Program-made: the position numbers and the translations under genes
In this document: positions 40,683 through 54,590 of the stretch, one piece after another
Layout: each line of letters begins with the position of its first letter
Numbering within the stretch: the stretch's first letter is position 1
From: Callorhinchus milii
Taxonomy: Eukaryota
Length of the DNA: 64,000 nucleotides
Direction of reading: 5' to 3'
Assembly: GCF_018977255.1 (NCBI RefSeq)
Contig: NW_024704743.1
Span: 19,284,001-19,348,000 of the forward strand
The notes under the pieces: generated by a model
What the model was told of the DNA's origin: nothing
Databases searched by the model: none
Seen by the model: only the letters and a program-made list of their open reading frames with translations

Positions 40683-42251
40683 GGAGCGGAGTCAGGAGAG
40701 CGCGAGGTGGGGGTGGGAGTGAGGGGCTGATTTACAAAAGTGGCGTCGGCGTGACGTCATCATTAAAAAAAAACAACAATGGCCGGGCAGCCCCCGCCAC
40801 TGCCATCCCAGCCGTGACCACATGGCCTGCGGGCTGATCGCTCACTCTCGGTCTCTGCGTGCGCATTTTGGCTGCCGCCCCGACCCAAGCCTCCCCCTCC
40901 ACTCTAAATGTCTCTCCTCCCACCCCCCCTCTATCCGCTACTCCCATTCTGTCCTTCTCTCCCATCGCCCCACCCCGTCTTCTCTCTCTCCTCGACCCCA
41001 TCACCACTTTCCTCTGCTCCAGCCTGGGCATCCTCCGCCGGGCCCATTATGGCTCTCGGCAGTGGCTGTCCCAGAGCAGTAACCCTAAGTGTATAATTCA
41101 TTCACTCCCTCCGTACAAACCGCCTCCTTAAGGCAAACACAACTTCCCCCACCCTTATACGTACCCTCCCCAAATCTCCACTCCCACTATTCTCCATACC
41201 ATCTCTCCTGTACACCCTAAAATCCTCTCTGCATCCTCTCTCCTCCCTCTCCTCCCACCAGCAAACCCACCTACATTTCCCTCCAAAATGTCCTTTCCCT
41301 CTCTAACAAAGCCCTCACCATCCATGACCTCATCTTGGACGAGCACCTTGACATTCTTGGGCTCACAGAAACCTGGTTCTCCCCCAATGACCCCGTCCCC
41401 CTCGTGGAAGCCTCCCCTCCAGGCTACTCCTTCCACCACACCCCCCGTCCAAACCAATGTGGCGGTGGGGTGGCCCTCATCTTCAAAGCCTCCCTTGGTC
41501 TTTCCCCCTACTCCTCTGGCTGCTTCCCCTCCTTTGAGCACCTCACCGTCTTCCATCCCTCTCTCCCACTGAAAATCCTCCTGGTCTACTGCCCCACTAA
41601 GCCCCCAGCTCCTTCCACACAGAAATCTCTACTTTCCTCTCTTGCCCTGTCCCTCTGCTCCAAACGCCTGCTCATAATGGGCGATTTCAACCTAAATCCC
41701 CTTGCACTACTTCTGCCGACTTCACTACCCTCCTCTCCTCCCTAAACCTCACCCTTCACATTAACTCACCGACCCACAACTGTGGCCATGTCCTCGATCT
41801 CGTTATCACCCATGGCCTTGACATTTTCAACCTTAGCATAGTGGACAAGGTCATCTCGGTCCACTTCCTCATCTTCTTCTTTTCTCACATCCCTCTCTTC
41901 TCTCACCAAGTCCTCAACCATTCTCTACCGCCCAAGGAAAAGGTTATCCCCTGAGATCCTCACAAAGGCCCTCACATCCTCAGCTATCCTATCCCTCTGG
42001 CCTTCCACCCACGGAGATCCTGAAGCAGCCGTCCAGCTGCTCCATGATCGCCTCTCCTCCACCTTCAAGTCTTTGGTCCCCCTGAAATCCAGGACCATCT
42101 CCAAACCCACCCGATCCCCCTGGTATAACAATCATCACCTCTCCCTAGAAACCCAAACCTGGCTGCTCGAGCGCAGATGGCAGAAAACTGGCCTGACAGT
42201 TCATCGCCAACTGTGGCTCGAGGATCTCCACAACTACCGCCGTTCTTTGAT

Positions 42252-44508
42252 GTGCGTGAACATGAGAACATAAGAACATAAGAATTAGGAGCAGGAGTAG
42301 GCCATTCAGCCCCTTGAGCCTGCCCCGCCATTCAATAAGATCTATTCTTATTGATCTATTCTAACTCCACCTACCGCCTTATCCCCGTATCCCTTAATCC
42401 CTTTATCCACAAGAAATCTATCAATTTCAGTCTTGAATATGTTAAGGACTGAGCATCTACAGCCCTTTGGGGTAAAGAATTCCATAAATTCACTACCGTC
42501 TGAGTGAAGAAGTTTTTCCTTAACTCAGTGTGAAAGGGCTTACCCCTAATTTTAAGACTGTGACCCCTAGTTATAGTTTCTCCAACCAGGGGAAAAAGTC
42601 TCTCACTATCTATTCTGTCATGCCCCTTTCTATAAGATCACCTCTCTTTCTTCTATATTCTAGAGAATGTAGGCCTGAATTGCTCAACCTATCCTCATAA
42701 CTCATCCCCCTCATCCCAGGCACTAACCTAGTGAATCTATGTTGTACCCCTTCCAAGGCGATTACATCCTTTCTTAAATAAGGAGACCAAAACTGCACAC
42801 AATACTCTAGGTGGGTCTCACCAGGGTCCTATACAGTTGCAGCAAGAGTTCCCTACTCTTATATTCTAACCCTTTTGTAACAAATGCCAACATACCATTA
42901 GCCTTTTTAATTGTTTGCTGTACCTGCAAACTAGCTTTTTGCGACTGGTGTACAAGTCCCTCTGAACACTAGCACTATTTAGTCTCTCCCCTTCTAAAAA
43001 ATAATCTGCTCTACTGTTTTTGCCACCTAGGTGGATGACTTCACACTTCATCTGCCACCTATTTGCCCACTCACCTAGCCTATCTATATCTCGTCGCATT
43101 TTTTTAATGTCATCCTCGGTGTTTACTCTCCCTCCTAGTTTAGTGTCATCCGTGAATTTGGATATATTAAGTTCGATGTCCTCATCTAGATCGTTGATAA
43201 AGATGGTAAATAGTTGAGGCCCAAGCACTGATCCTTGTGGCACTCCACTAGTCACATCCCGCCAATCTGAGAAGGACCCGTTTATCCCGACTCTTTGTTT
43301 TCTTCCCATTAGCCATTCTTCAATCCATGCTAATATATTTCCCTTAATTCCATCGGCCCTAATCTTGTGAATCAACCTTTTATGCAGCACCTTATCGAAT
43401 GCCTTTTGGAAATCTAAATACACTACATCCACTGTTTCCCCCCTATCTAATCTACTTGATATGTCCTCAAAAAATCTAAAAGATTTGTTAAGCATGACTT
43501 CCCTTTTGTAAAGCCATGTTGACTCTGTCTAATCATATTGTGATCCTCTAAGTATCCCACTACGCAATCCTTAATTAAGCATTCTATAATTTTACCTACC
43601 ACCGATGTCAGACTGACTGGTCTATAGTTCCCCATCTTCTCTCGCCCACCCTTCTTAAATAGTGGTGTTACGTTTGTGACCTTCCAATCAATCGAAACCG
43701 TTCCAGAATCCAAAGAATTTTGGAAGATCAAACATAAGGTCTCCACTATCTCATGAGCTACTGCTTTTAAAACCCTAGGCTGCAAACCATCAGATCCAGG
43801 GGACTTGTCACTTTTTAATGTCAACAATTTCCCTAGCACCAATTCTTTGCTAATGTAAATTTCCCTAAGGTGCTTCCTATCATTAGCCCCTTGGTTCATC
43901 TCTATTTCTGGTAAACTTCTTGTGTCTTCTAACGTGAAGACAGAAGCAAAGTATTTATTTGGGACTCTGCCATATCCTTATCCCCCAATGTAATTCCTCC
44001 TAGCTCTGCCTGTAATGGACCCACATTTACTTTTGCTCGCCTATTCCTCATAATGTATTTATAAAAACTCTTACAATCTGTCTTAATGTTCCTAGCTAAC
44101 TTGCCCACATAATCCATTTTCTCACTCTTAATGAGATTTTGGTTTTCCTTTGTTGGTCCCTAAAATACTCCCAGTCCTCAGGTTTGCTACTCTTTTTGGC
44201 AGTTGCATAAGCCTTTTCTTTTAGTTTTATACTTTCTCTAAGTGCTCTAGTTAGCCATAGATGAACTGCTTTTCCTGTGGTACTCATATTCCTTAAGGGA
44301 ATATGTAAACGCTGAGAATTATGCACTACATCTTTAAACGTTTGCCATTGTTGGTCTGTTGTCATACCCATTAATCTAATTCCCCAGTCTATTTTAGCTA
44401 ATTCTTCCCTCATACCTGCAAAGTTAGCTTTATTTAAATTTAAGACCCTTGCTTCGGATTTGACTACATCACTCTCTAACTTAATACTAAATTTTATTGT
44501 GTTATGAT
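42252..44508 (-). mobile_element. 5'-truncated CR1 LINE nested in the L2
   Basis: NYRPVSLTS, YLDFQKAFDKV, VTSGVPQGSVLGP, FTDDTKL, QFWSPYLRKD; (TTCTTATG)n tail reads aacataagaacataag on +. Confidence 0.95.
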
Positions 44509-47441
44509 AGAAGGCGAAAACGGCTTTCTACTCCAAAATCATCTTGGAGCCTAAAAACAATCCTAAAATCCTTTTTTCCACCACTCACTACCTCCTCCAT
44601 GCGCCCCCTCAGGCCTACTCAATTTTCCAATGCCAAGTGCGAGGAGGTCATGAACTTCTTTTCATCCAAAATACACAACATCCGCCAGGCAGCCTCATCC
44701 TCCTGCCTCTTGTCACCCACCACCATGCTCTCTCTGTCCCCCTCACCCTCCCCATCATCAGCTCCTTCCACAATCCCCATCCTACATTCCTTCCTCCCCA
44801 TCTCTCCTTCCTCCCTCTCACCCACCATCACCTCAATGAAATCCACCACCTGCTGCCTCGACCCCCTCCCCACCAACTTGCTGGTCACCCAGCTCCCCCT
44901 CCTCTGCCCACTACTGGCTGATGTCATCAACCAGTGCCTCTCCTCTGGATCAGTCCCTGCCTCCCTCGAAACTGCTGTCATGACCCTCCTCCTCAAAAAC
45001 CTTCCCTAGATCCCTTGAACCCCAGCCACTACCGCCCTATTTCAAACCTGCCCTTCCTTGCAAAAGTCTGAGAATGTGTTGTTGCCAATCAACTCCATTC
45101 ACACCTCTTCTCCCACTGCCTCTTCGAACCCCTCCAGTCCAGTTGCTGCCCTGCCCACAGTACAGAGACTGCGCTTGTGAAAGTCAGATATGACATCCTC
45201 TTTATCTGTGACCATGGCTCCCTCTGCTTCCTTGTCCTCCTGAACCTCTCTGCCGCTTTTGACACAATCGATCACGCCATCCTCCTCCACCGCCTTTCCT
45301 CCATCATCCACCTCAGTGGACCGCACTCACCTGGTTCGAGTCCTACCTCACAAACCGCCAGCAGTACATCTGCACAAAAGGCTTTTCCTCCCTCTCCCAC
45401 CTGGTTACCTGTGGGGTACCCCAAGGTTCCATCCTTGGCCCCCTCCTCTTTCTGATCTATATGCTCCCTCTTGGGGATATCATCCGCAGACATAGGGTAC
45501 CCTTCCATATGTATGCAGACAACACCCAACTCTATTTTTCCACCTCACTTTGTGACCCCCAGTCTCCTGGTGTTCTGTCAACCTCAGGAGCTGGATGAGC
45601 GCGAATTTCCTTCAGCTGAATGTTGACAAGACGGAAGGCATACTTTTTGGCTCTTGTCAATGTCTAAAATCACACAATTCTTACCTCCTCTACCTACCCG
45701 ACCTCCCCCTAAAACTCTCCGAACCCTTACGCAACCTAAGGGTCAGGTTCGACCCCCAATTATCCTTCCTCCCCCACATCCGGTCCCTCACCAGCACCGC
45801 TCTCTTCCACTTCTGACGCATTGCCCGTCTCCACCAATACCTCACTCCAAAAGCCGCTAAAACCCTGGTCCATGCCTTTGTCACCTCTCGGCTGGACTAT
45901 TCAAATGCCCTCCCCTCCACTGCCATTCACAAAATCCAGGTCACACAAAACTCTGCCACCCTCATTCTTACCCGCACCAAACTCCACTCCCCGATTACCC
46001 CAGTCATTGCCAGACTGCACTGGCTGCCTGTCCCAGAGAGGATCGACTTCAAGATCCTCACACTTGTCTTCAAATCCGTCCACTCCTCTGCAGCCCCCTA
46101 CCTCTCTGACCTCCTCTCTCCTCCCAATAATGTCTGTTGCCTTCGCTCCATCGGGTCTGGCCTACTCCTTGTCCCCCAGGTCCACCGCTCCACCATCAAT
46201 GGCCATGCCTTCAGCCACTACACCCTGAGGCTCTGGAGCTCCCTTCCTCACTCCCTTCGCCTCACTTCCCACTTTCAAGTCTCAGCTAAAGATCTTTCTT
46301 TTCGACCGCGCCTTTGGTCACCTTCCTCCCCCTGGCTGGGCGCCGGGATCCGTTACTGTGAAGTGCTCTGAGACGCTGTCCAGGGTGGAGGGCGCTGTAC
46401 AAATCCAAGCTGTTGTTGTTATGTTCCTATGCACTTCCTGTTACTAGCAGGAGTCACTATTTCCAACTCCTCTTGCAAACCCCATTACGTCCCATTTTTG
46501 CACAGAGGACTAAAATCTTGGAGATAATAAAATATTTAATTTTTTTTTCACTTTCAGTTTAGAGACAAAGGTACTTTATCTTGTAGGCCATCACAAAGAA
46601 CCTGACTGATTAAAAGTGCACTGCTCAAATATTTATTAAATATTCTGTTCAAAGAGAAACAGGAGTATGGAGTTCAAACTGAACAAGACTGAATTGACTT
46701 CAAGTAACCAAATTATTTAATTCTTAGGGACTTAAAGGGTAACCGTGAGGCTGCTTATTTGTTTTATTTTATCCAGTCTCAAAATGATTGCAATTGAAAG
46801 AAACAGCAGGAATCTTTGAAACATATTCTCTGAATTAACCCAAGCATGTAGCGTATGAAATGCAGGATTATTATTGTTTCATGTCAAAAGCCAGCCTGAT
46901 CCCAGCAAGCTAGAACGGGATATGAAATTGCTGTTGTAAAAAAACACTTGAGGATCAACCATTAATCTCATGACCACCCACCCCACAAGCTGCAAATAGC
47001 GTCTACTTCAAACAAAATGTATTAGCTAGTCAGTCAATTGTCATAGCCAGGCTGATCAAGTACCCTGTAGGTGCTTATTATTATGCTCTCCTCTCAGCCA
47101 GCTTCTGCCGTTGTCTATACATTGCCACTCTTAAAGTTCAATATTCACAATGCTTTATTTCTTCCAATTGTAGCAATTCTACTATGATTGTTGTTCAGCA
47201 AAATCTATCTGTGAACCAGAAGCCCAACATTTCCCAATGGGAATTAGTCTGAAAATAATCACGCAGTGTTTTGGAAAGTTCATGAATTCAGTTTAAATTT
47301 GGATGCCATGTTTCTGTAAATTCTCTTTAAGAACAGTGGAAAACAAAGGTTTTCAATTGATGAGTGCATTTAGGAATGTTTCAAAGAGTCCATCTGTTGC
47401 AAGCATTTAAATGCTATTGCAGTAATTGTGTATTTGTTTAA

Positions 47442-47708
<267 letters not shown>

Positions 47709-48389
47709 TAGAACAAAGCACCATGAAGGACTAGAAGATTGGAATTCGCAGCACAAGGAAGAAAAGGGTGGAACAAAACTGCTAAAGGAAGGGGGTCGTG
47801 GAGTGGCCCAAGAGAGACAAATTAGCCTGAGGGAGTGTGGTTGATTACTCTGACCGTTCCCCATTTTCAGTCCATTTTCAAAGCTAAACTTTTCATGCAC
47901 AAGAAGATCGAAATTCCATTTTGCCTTAAGATATAAGTTTGCAGTCGTAGACGTGTGAATATGATAATATGAAAAATTAAAATCAAATAAAAAATGTGGA
48001 AAATTCTTCAATCCAATATTAATTTGAAAGCTGTTTTCCAAAGTTCTTAACAAGCTTCCAAATGAATAATAATGATAATAATATAATAATCCTTAATTTG
48101 GGATAGTGCCTTTCTTGTATGAAGACTGAATTGTGGAATTTTCCACATTTCTATCCAATCTGAAATGTTAGTATTTTAAATTTTCCGTCTCACATCTTAT
48201 GACTTGGTGTAAGTTCAAGCCAATGATCTCAAGATAAAATAACACAGCAGAGTAGCTAATACGGACAAGAACTCCAGCACAGGTTTGATGGGTTGAATTG
48301 CCCCTTTCTGTGCTATAGCATTCTATGATTCTATGATCTGTTCAGTAAATCTTGAGATATACTTTTCTAATTGCAAGTTTCATTTTCAG

Positions 48390-48637
48390 ACACTGTTTTA
48401 GGGCACTGTGATTTTGAATTTGACATGTGCACCTGGAGGCAATTGAGGGATGATGCTTTTGACTGGACTCTTAAACCAGGAAGAACACCATCAATGGGCA
48501 CAGGGCCAGCCACAGATCATACCCTGCGTGATCCATCCGGACATTACATTTACATCGAAAGCTCATTCCCACAACTTCCTGGGCATGTAGCAAGGATTTC
48601 TGGTCCACCCATCAGCAAACAAAGCAAAGACTGTAAG
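48390..48637 (+). CDS. MALRD1: MALRD1 exon: MAM N-terminal half
   Basis: cattttcAG|...AAG|GTACAA; 248 nt, phase 1-0; GHCDFEFDMCTWRQLRDDAFDW...GPATDHTLRDPSGHYIYIESS. Confidence 0.96.
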
Positions 48638-49919
48638 GTACAAATATATTTAAAGATTTAAATTGGTTGATCCCCTTCAATTTGGCAGTTGAGGAAGAAG
48701 CTAGGATTTAGGCATAGAAACAAGGGCAGTCAATAACCCATTGAGTCAGTTCCACTATTCCATTAAATATTGGCCGATCTTTCAATCACATTTCTCTACC
48801 TTTTTTCCAATAACAACCAACAACAACAAATTACATTATATAAAACCTTAGTTGGACAAGCAGCAGGAATATGCTATATATTCACTCATCTGCATCAGAC
48901 TCTGATCCAAAAGTGGTCTTGGGGCTATGATAATCACAAACAAAATCCGGTTCTATGCACACGCATGAGTTTATTAGGAATGCAATCTAGCCACGGAATG
49001 CGTCACTAGATGCCAATAATGGTAAGTATATCTTTCCGTAGATCTTAAACTCAAAATACTGAATACATTGCTCCAATTCACGCCTCTCATTCAAGCCAGC
49101 CCTCAAAGCGTAACTCTTTGACCATGCCTTCACTTATCTGTCCCCTCCCCCACACTTCCAGCTCCCACCCCCAGCTCAGGTGCCCATCCAGCACTGTTAA
49201 GTGCTTATATAAATTGTAAGTGAGATTTGACTGGTGCTCTGTACAATTGCAGCTGTGCTATCCATGCTTTTATATTCCCAATTCTTTGCTTTATGCTCAT
49301 CATTCCATTTGCCTTTAATTGCTTTCTGCATCTGTGAACTAGCTTTAACATGAGGCAGCTCAGGCTCTCAGCCAGTTGTGTGAAGAGCTTTGAGACATCC
49401 TCCTGCTGTGAAAGGCACGATATAAATGTAAATTGGTGTTATTGTATTATTTGGAAACGCCAAATAGATATGATATATTTTGCCGATGATTTTGTACTGA
49501 TACTGGCAGTAAACAAAGGGATGTCCTGGAGGATTTCTTTCTATAAGAGCATCTTACATTCACACCAGCAGACACTGCTGCAGCCAGCAATAGAGTTCAT
49601 TACCTGGCCAGCTGTTTGACTGATATGGGAAAGGATCCCTTTTCAGTAGTTTTTCCTGCAAAAACGTGCCCAATTGGGGAAAACTGAGAATACACGACAG
49701 TGAAGACTTTGCTTTTAGGATTGGGAGGCCTGAACCACCTATCTATCATCAAGCTATCTGAAAAAGTGGAAAACATCTGGTAATGGAGATACCATCAGCA
49801 ACGAAAACTCCACAAATAAAAAAGGCTTATGATCTCACTTACAGTGGAATCCTATTAGGTACAATGGTTAGTTTCAATCAAAGCCCTTATAAAAGGATAC
49901 ACATGTCAGACATAGACAT

Positions 49920-50248
49920 AGTTCCTGTAGTGCATTGGTTAGAGCACTCGCCTCGCAAGCGAGTGGTTCGATTCCTGGACGGGATGAAAGCTTCCTTATT
50001 CCAAATGCCTCCGTTTACCGAGCAGTAAGTAGGAACCCAGTTGTTAGTTGACTGGCGGATTGCTTTTCTGGGAATAATAATCCCTCAAAAAAAAATTTGG
50101 TCATTCAATCCACAACTGCTTGAGGGACCCTGCTGTGCTCAATTGGCTGCTGCGTTTCGGTCAGAAAATATACAGTCAATGCATTTTACAGTATTTTCTG
50201 TGAAGTGCTTAGAGACATCATATATCGAATGCAAGGATTATTATTATT
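49920..50248 (+). mobile_element. tRNA-derived SINE, long subfamily
   Basis: tcctgtag..tggttagagcactcgcctcgcaagcgag..ggttcgattcc head and (ATT)n tail. Confidence 0.85.
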
Positions 50249-50350
50249 ACATTCTCTGTCAACTACAGTATAAAGATGAACCTGATATATCAAATGCAAG
50301 AATTATTATTATTACATTCTCTGTCAACTACAGTATAAGGATGAACCTGA
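50220..50350 (+). repeat. 65-bp tandem duplication (SINE tail + flank)
   Basis: atatatc(g/a)aatgcaag(g/a)attattattattacattctctgtcaactacagtataa(a/g)gatgaacctg occurs twice. Confidence 0.9.
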
Positions 50351-50599
50351 GCCCATCTACAAATTAGCTGACAAAGGCTGCCCGTGTCTGATATTATGCA
50401 CCTCAAACTGTACGCAGGAACTATATAGCTTGCCCAGGAAATATACTGCATGAGTATCATATCTAGGGATCTGAACTCAACTAATTTGGCAACATAACCC
50501 AGCATCCTGTTTGTTGTGTTTATTCCACCTCACATTGTTTTGACACTGTAAGTGATGAATCAACTAACACCCTTAGATCTCTGTCAACGGTTTCTGTCT

Positions 50600-50925
50600 C
50601 TTCTAATGTATTCCACTGGCGGGTGGGTCGGTAACCCGAGGACACCGATTTAAAATAGTTATTAAAAAGACAGAGGGGAGGTGAGGAGAAATTTTTTCAA
50701 ACAGCGAGTTGTTCGGATCTGGAATGCATTGCCTGAAAGGGTGGTGGAAGTCGATTCGATAACAACTTTTAAGATAGTAGATCATTTTTTGGGGAAGATA
50801 AGTTTGCAGGGCTATGGGGAGAGAGCGGGGGAGTGGGATTGATTTGGACAGTTCTTTTCAAAGAGCCAGCACAGACATGATAGGCTGAATGGATTCCTTT
50901 TGTGCTGTATAATTCTATAGCGTAC
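50600..50925 (+). mobile_element. CR1 LINE 3' fragment
   Basis: ggaatgcattgcctgaaagggtggtggaag...ggctgaatggattccttttgtgctgtataattctat. Confidence 0.8.
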
Positions 50926-53900
50926 ACATGTTTCCTAATTTTACTTCTTATATGCACTTTTCTGTGTTAATAATGATAAATTTTGTTTTTGATATAGCAC
51001 TTTACCACGTTGTTGAGACGTCTCAAAGTGCTTTACAGGATATAACCTGCCCACTCCCTCCGTTCATCGGGCTCTGGTCTGCTCCATGTCTTCCCCCCTA
51101 CCATCAGTGGCCAGGTTTTCAGCCTCTATGGCCCCATACTTTGGAACTCTGTTCCATGGTCCCTTCGCCTCACTTCCTCCCTTGCCTCCTTCAAAGCCGG
51201 TCTCAAGACCCTTCTCTTCAACCGTGCCTTTGGTCTCCCTCCCACCTCTCTGCCTTCCCTCACCCCTACACCACCCCTTCCCCATGCTCGGGTCCCAACA
51301 CTTGATTGTTCAGCACTTTGGAACGTCCTCACGACCTGAAAGGTGCTTTACAAATGTAATTTTATTGTTGTTGTACTGTAAAGTGGATTGACTGTATTTT
51401 ATGAGTATTGAGCATCATTTGCCAGTCATCAACCCATGTGCGTACCCTATCAAGATCTCTTTGTAAGAGCTTGATGGCATCCTCTGAATTCAATTCTGTG
51501 AAATGTGGTGTCATCTGTAAATGTAACTTAATTTACCAATCCAAGCAAATTAATAAATACAAGAGACAGAAGGGGTCCCTGCTTAATAACTCTCCCCACT
51601 TAATACCTCCCATTTGGCATCTAATTAAGTCCTGAATCTGCCCTGCCATTTTAGATGTTTTTATAAGTTTACATTAAAACAAAACAAAAGCTACAATAGA
51701 TGGAAAACCAATATATTAAAAAGAATTTCTACTTCTCACACAATTGATGTATTTACAGAAGGATGCTTTGTTTTCTGCCCTGACAATGACGGAGTATGTC
51801 AGACAAGTGCACATGCATGACTGACCACTATTTTCTTTAGTTGAAGAAATATTTTCTACAGTTGAAGAAAATATGAAAAACTGTACTTCCAGTTCAACTC
51901 TTGCAATAATATTTGCCTGGTAACCTTTTTAAAGCATAGGTTCCAACCAGGCACAATTTTAACCAACATTTGAATGAATTTAGCATAAATAGGCTGTTCC
52001 CTCTTATTGGTCAGTCCGTAAACAGGGGACACAACTCTAAGATAGTTACCAGAGGATCTAAAAGAAAATTTAGGAGGAATTACTCATGGAAGGTAGTGAG
52101 AATGTGACCTCAATGCCCAAAGCAACGGTTGAATCAGATAGTATAGAGGCATTTAGGAGGAAGCTAGATACACAGACGTAATGGGTAGGGTGGTCCTAGT
52201 TGGACAAGCAGCATGAAGTCTTGTCAGGCAGTACTCTCAATGGCAAGAGATTCGGTTTTAGGCGGTTATACTCCAGCAATACCCCAATGCACACTCTGGA
52301 GTCCCCAAGCCTCTTTGGCTGCCACATTTGCCTTCATATACACTTATTTTAATTTCCTCAAGCAGTTTGAGATGTTTGAACTTTATAAGTAATGTAAATG
52401 CCAAGAATATTATTATTAATAATTATGCATTGAATTAACTGCTCTGGAGAAAATTCCCCTGACACATTCCCACATTATAACATTCCAATGTTATTCACCC
52501 CTAATAAATAATAAAAAATAAAATAATAATAATCCTTCTAGACATCTCAAAGCGCTTCACACAATATATTGTAAAGTGAACTAACTGTGTATTTGTGAGC
52601 AAAATGTGTCAGCCAATTGCGCACAGTGGTGACCCACAAACAGTCATGGATTGAAGTGACCAATTTTATTGTTTTTTTGAAGGATTATTATCAGACGTAT
52701 GGAATAAGGAAACTTGCCCAAGGTTTCGCCCTGCCGGAAATTGAACCCATACATCTACAGTTGAAGATGATAAATACATTTCATCTACAACTAATTAAAA
52801 TCCCATACTATATTTATTAAAACATTCAAACCTAAGTAGACAGGAATCCTGGTAGGTCCTAGTCAACACCAATTGCTCCTCACAGCAGCTCTTACCTTAG
52901 CCCTTGTTTTCTTTTTCGCCAATATCAGATTCTCATTCACCCTGGTTCTGACAATAGTTTCTTTCGTTCATCATTACACATTCTTCCTCTACAGCAATCG
53001 GTTCCTGACCCCTCCTCTTTTTCCTTCAAAGGCATCAAGCTAGACATGGAGGTAGCTTCAACAACAGTCCCACATCACTGCATCCTTGAAAACCATCCCG
53101 CGCTCCCTTCCTCCACTGAACAAGATATAGTTTACATTTATATTATGCTTTCCACATCGGGAGCACTTCTCAAAGGACTTTAGACTGCTTTAATACTGGG
53201 AACCTAGGCTGGGGTGGGAACTGTAAAGGGTGGGGAAGAGAAAGATGACTGAAAGTGCAGTCAACGAGGTAAATCTTGAGGCTGGCTTTGAAAATGAGGA
53301 GGTAGGGGCTCCGGGATGGAGTTCCAGAGAGCGGGAACAGAATGGCTAAAGGCTCGCCCACCAGTGGTGGTGCAGATGGGGGCAGGAGACATGAAGCACG
53401 TCAATATTTGTTGAGTGACACAGCACTTGTTTTGTTTTAAATTCCATCCCTCCCTGTTGTAAGCAGAAAACATAAGTTCCCATTCAGTATAATTTATAAT
53501 AGAATTCAACCTTGTGCCCTCTATTTATAACATTTAATTAAAACTGGTCTTACGCAAGCATTCGCATTTCATTTAAACTTTGTACTGAAAGGGCAACCAA
53601 GTAACAAATTACACACTGCGTGAAATAAAACTCTGAACGTTTGTTAGTCTTTTAAAAAGAAGCAAAAATATTTATTCTGTTAAAAATTGATGGCATTACC
53701 CAAAAGATCATTGTTCAATTATCCAGTACTGGCATTTACATTAATACTGTATTTTTTCTGGTGCTAACAATTATCTTATTAGTTAGCTTTGGCTCCTAAT
53801 AATTTATTTTTGCTGTTGCTCAGCAAGAGATTATAATATCCATAAACAGAGACACCAATTATTCTCAATTCCAGGTGTTTTATTAAAGTAGAATTGAATT

Positions 53901-54319
53901 GAAAAGGCTCAGGGCCATGGATATTTATGTGACCTTCTCACTGTAAACCTATATATGCATTGCTGGTAATTTTAAGCATACACATTTGAACAAATCCTTT
54001 CCTTATCACAGATTTCTTCCTAATAAATTTGCCTGCTCCTAAAACAAAACAAATTATTCTTGCTTAGTACAGTGTAGCAGAATAAAATATATTGTAGAAT
54101 ACAAAACTGAGTGGCAATGTTCTTGAAGTATCAGTGCAGGAAAGAGATTTGGGATTTGTGGGATGGACACTGGAATTATTATCATTATTATTATCCTTGG
54201 GGGGAGGTAAGCAGGGTCTCCTTGGAGCTGTACTGGCTCAAAAGGTGACATGTTTGGTAACAGAATGTCAGAATCAAACCTACCTTCTGTAGTCATCTTG
54301 GTAGTCCAGTCTCTGAGCC

Positions 54320-54590
54320 ACGCGTATCCTCAGACCAGTCACTGGGGGCAGGGAGTCATCCCACTCAGCTCCTGTTAACCTTGCAAGCTAAAGCCCAAAT
54401 GGGTAAGATGGTCCTAGCTGTGGCAAGCAGTGGGAAAGCTTGCCAGGCAGTGCTCTCAATGTGGTTTTAGCTGGTTAGCTTCCAGTAGTACTCCAACACA
54501 CACACTGGGGTCTCTTGCCATCCTGCACCTAATACTTTCCAGAATTAGGTAAGCAGGATGCAGGGAGAGTGCACATTCCACTCCAATAAA
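54320..54590 (+). repeat. Unclassified interspersed repeat; other copies at ~840-1010 (-), 31780-31900 (+) and 52180-52320 (+)
   Basis: Shared segments gtcctagctg..caagcag and tttagctggtta..tccag..gtactccaacacacac..ggggtc..gaattaggtaagcaggatg. Confidence 0.7.

Larger units (their letters stand above)
40593..46420 (+). mobile_element. Apparently full-length, decayed single-ORF L2 LINE, interrupted by a CR1
   Basis: APE endonuclease (LDILGLTETW...GYSFHHTPR..GGGVALIF...GDFN), RT (LDPLPT, LSAAFDTIDH, PQGSILGP, YADN) and (GTT)n tail; ATGT/TATGT duplicated at both junctions. Confidence 0.85.

Noticed and set aside
42866..44413. Cluster of RT ORFs as an intact retroelement or novel RT system
   Set aside because: Fragments of one frameshifted, 5'-truncated CR1 ORF2.
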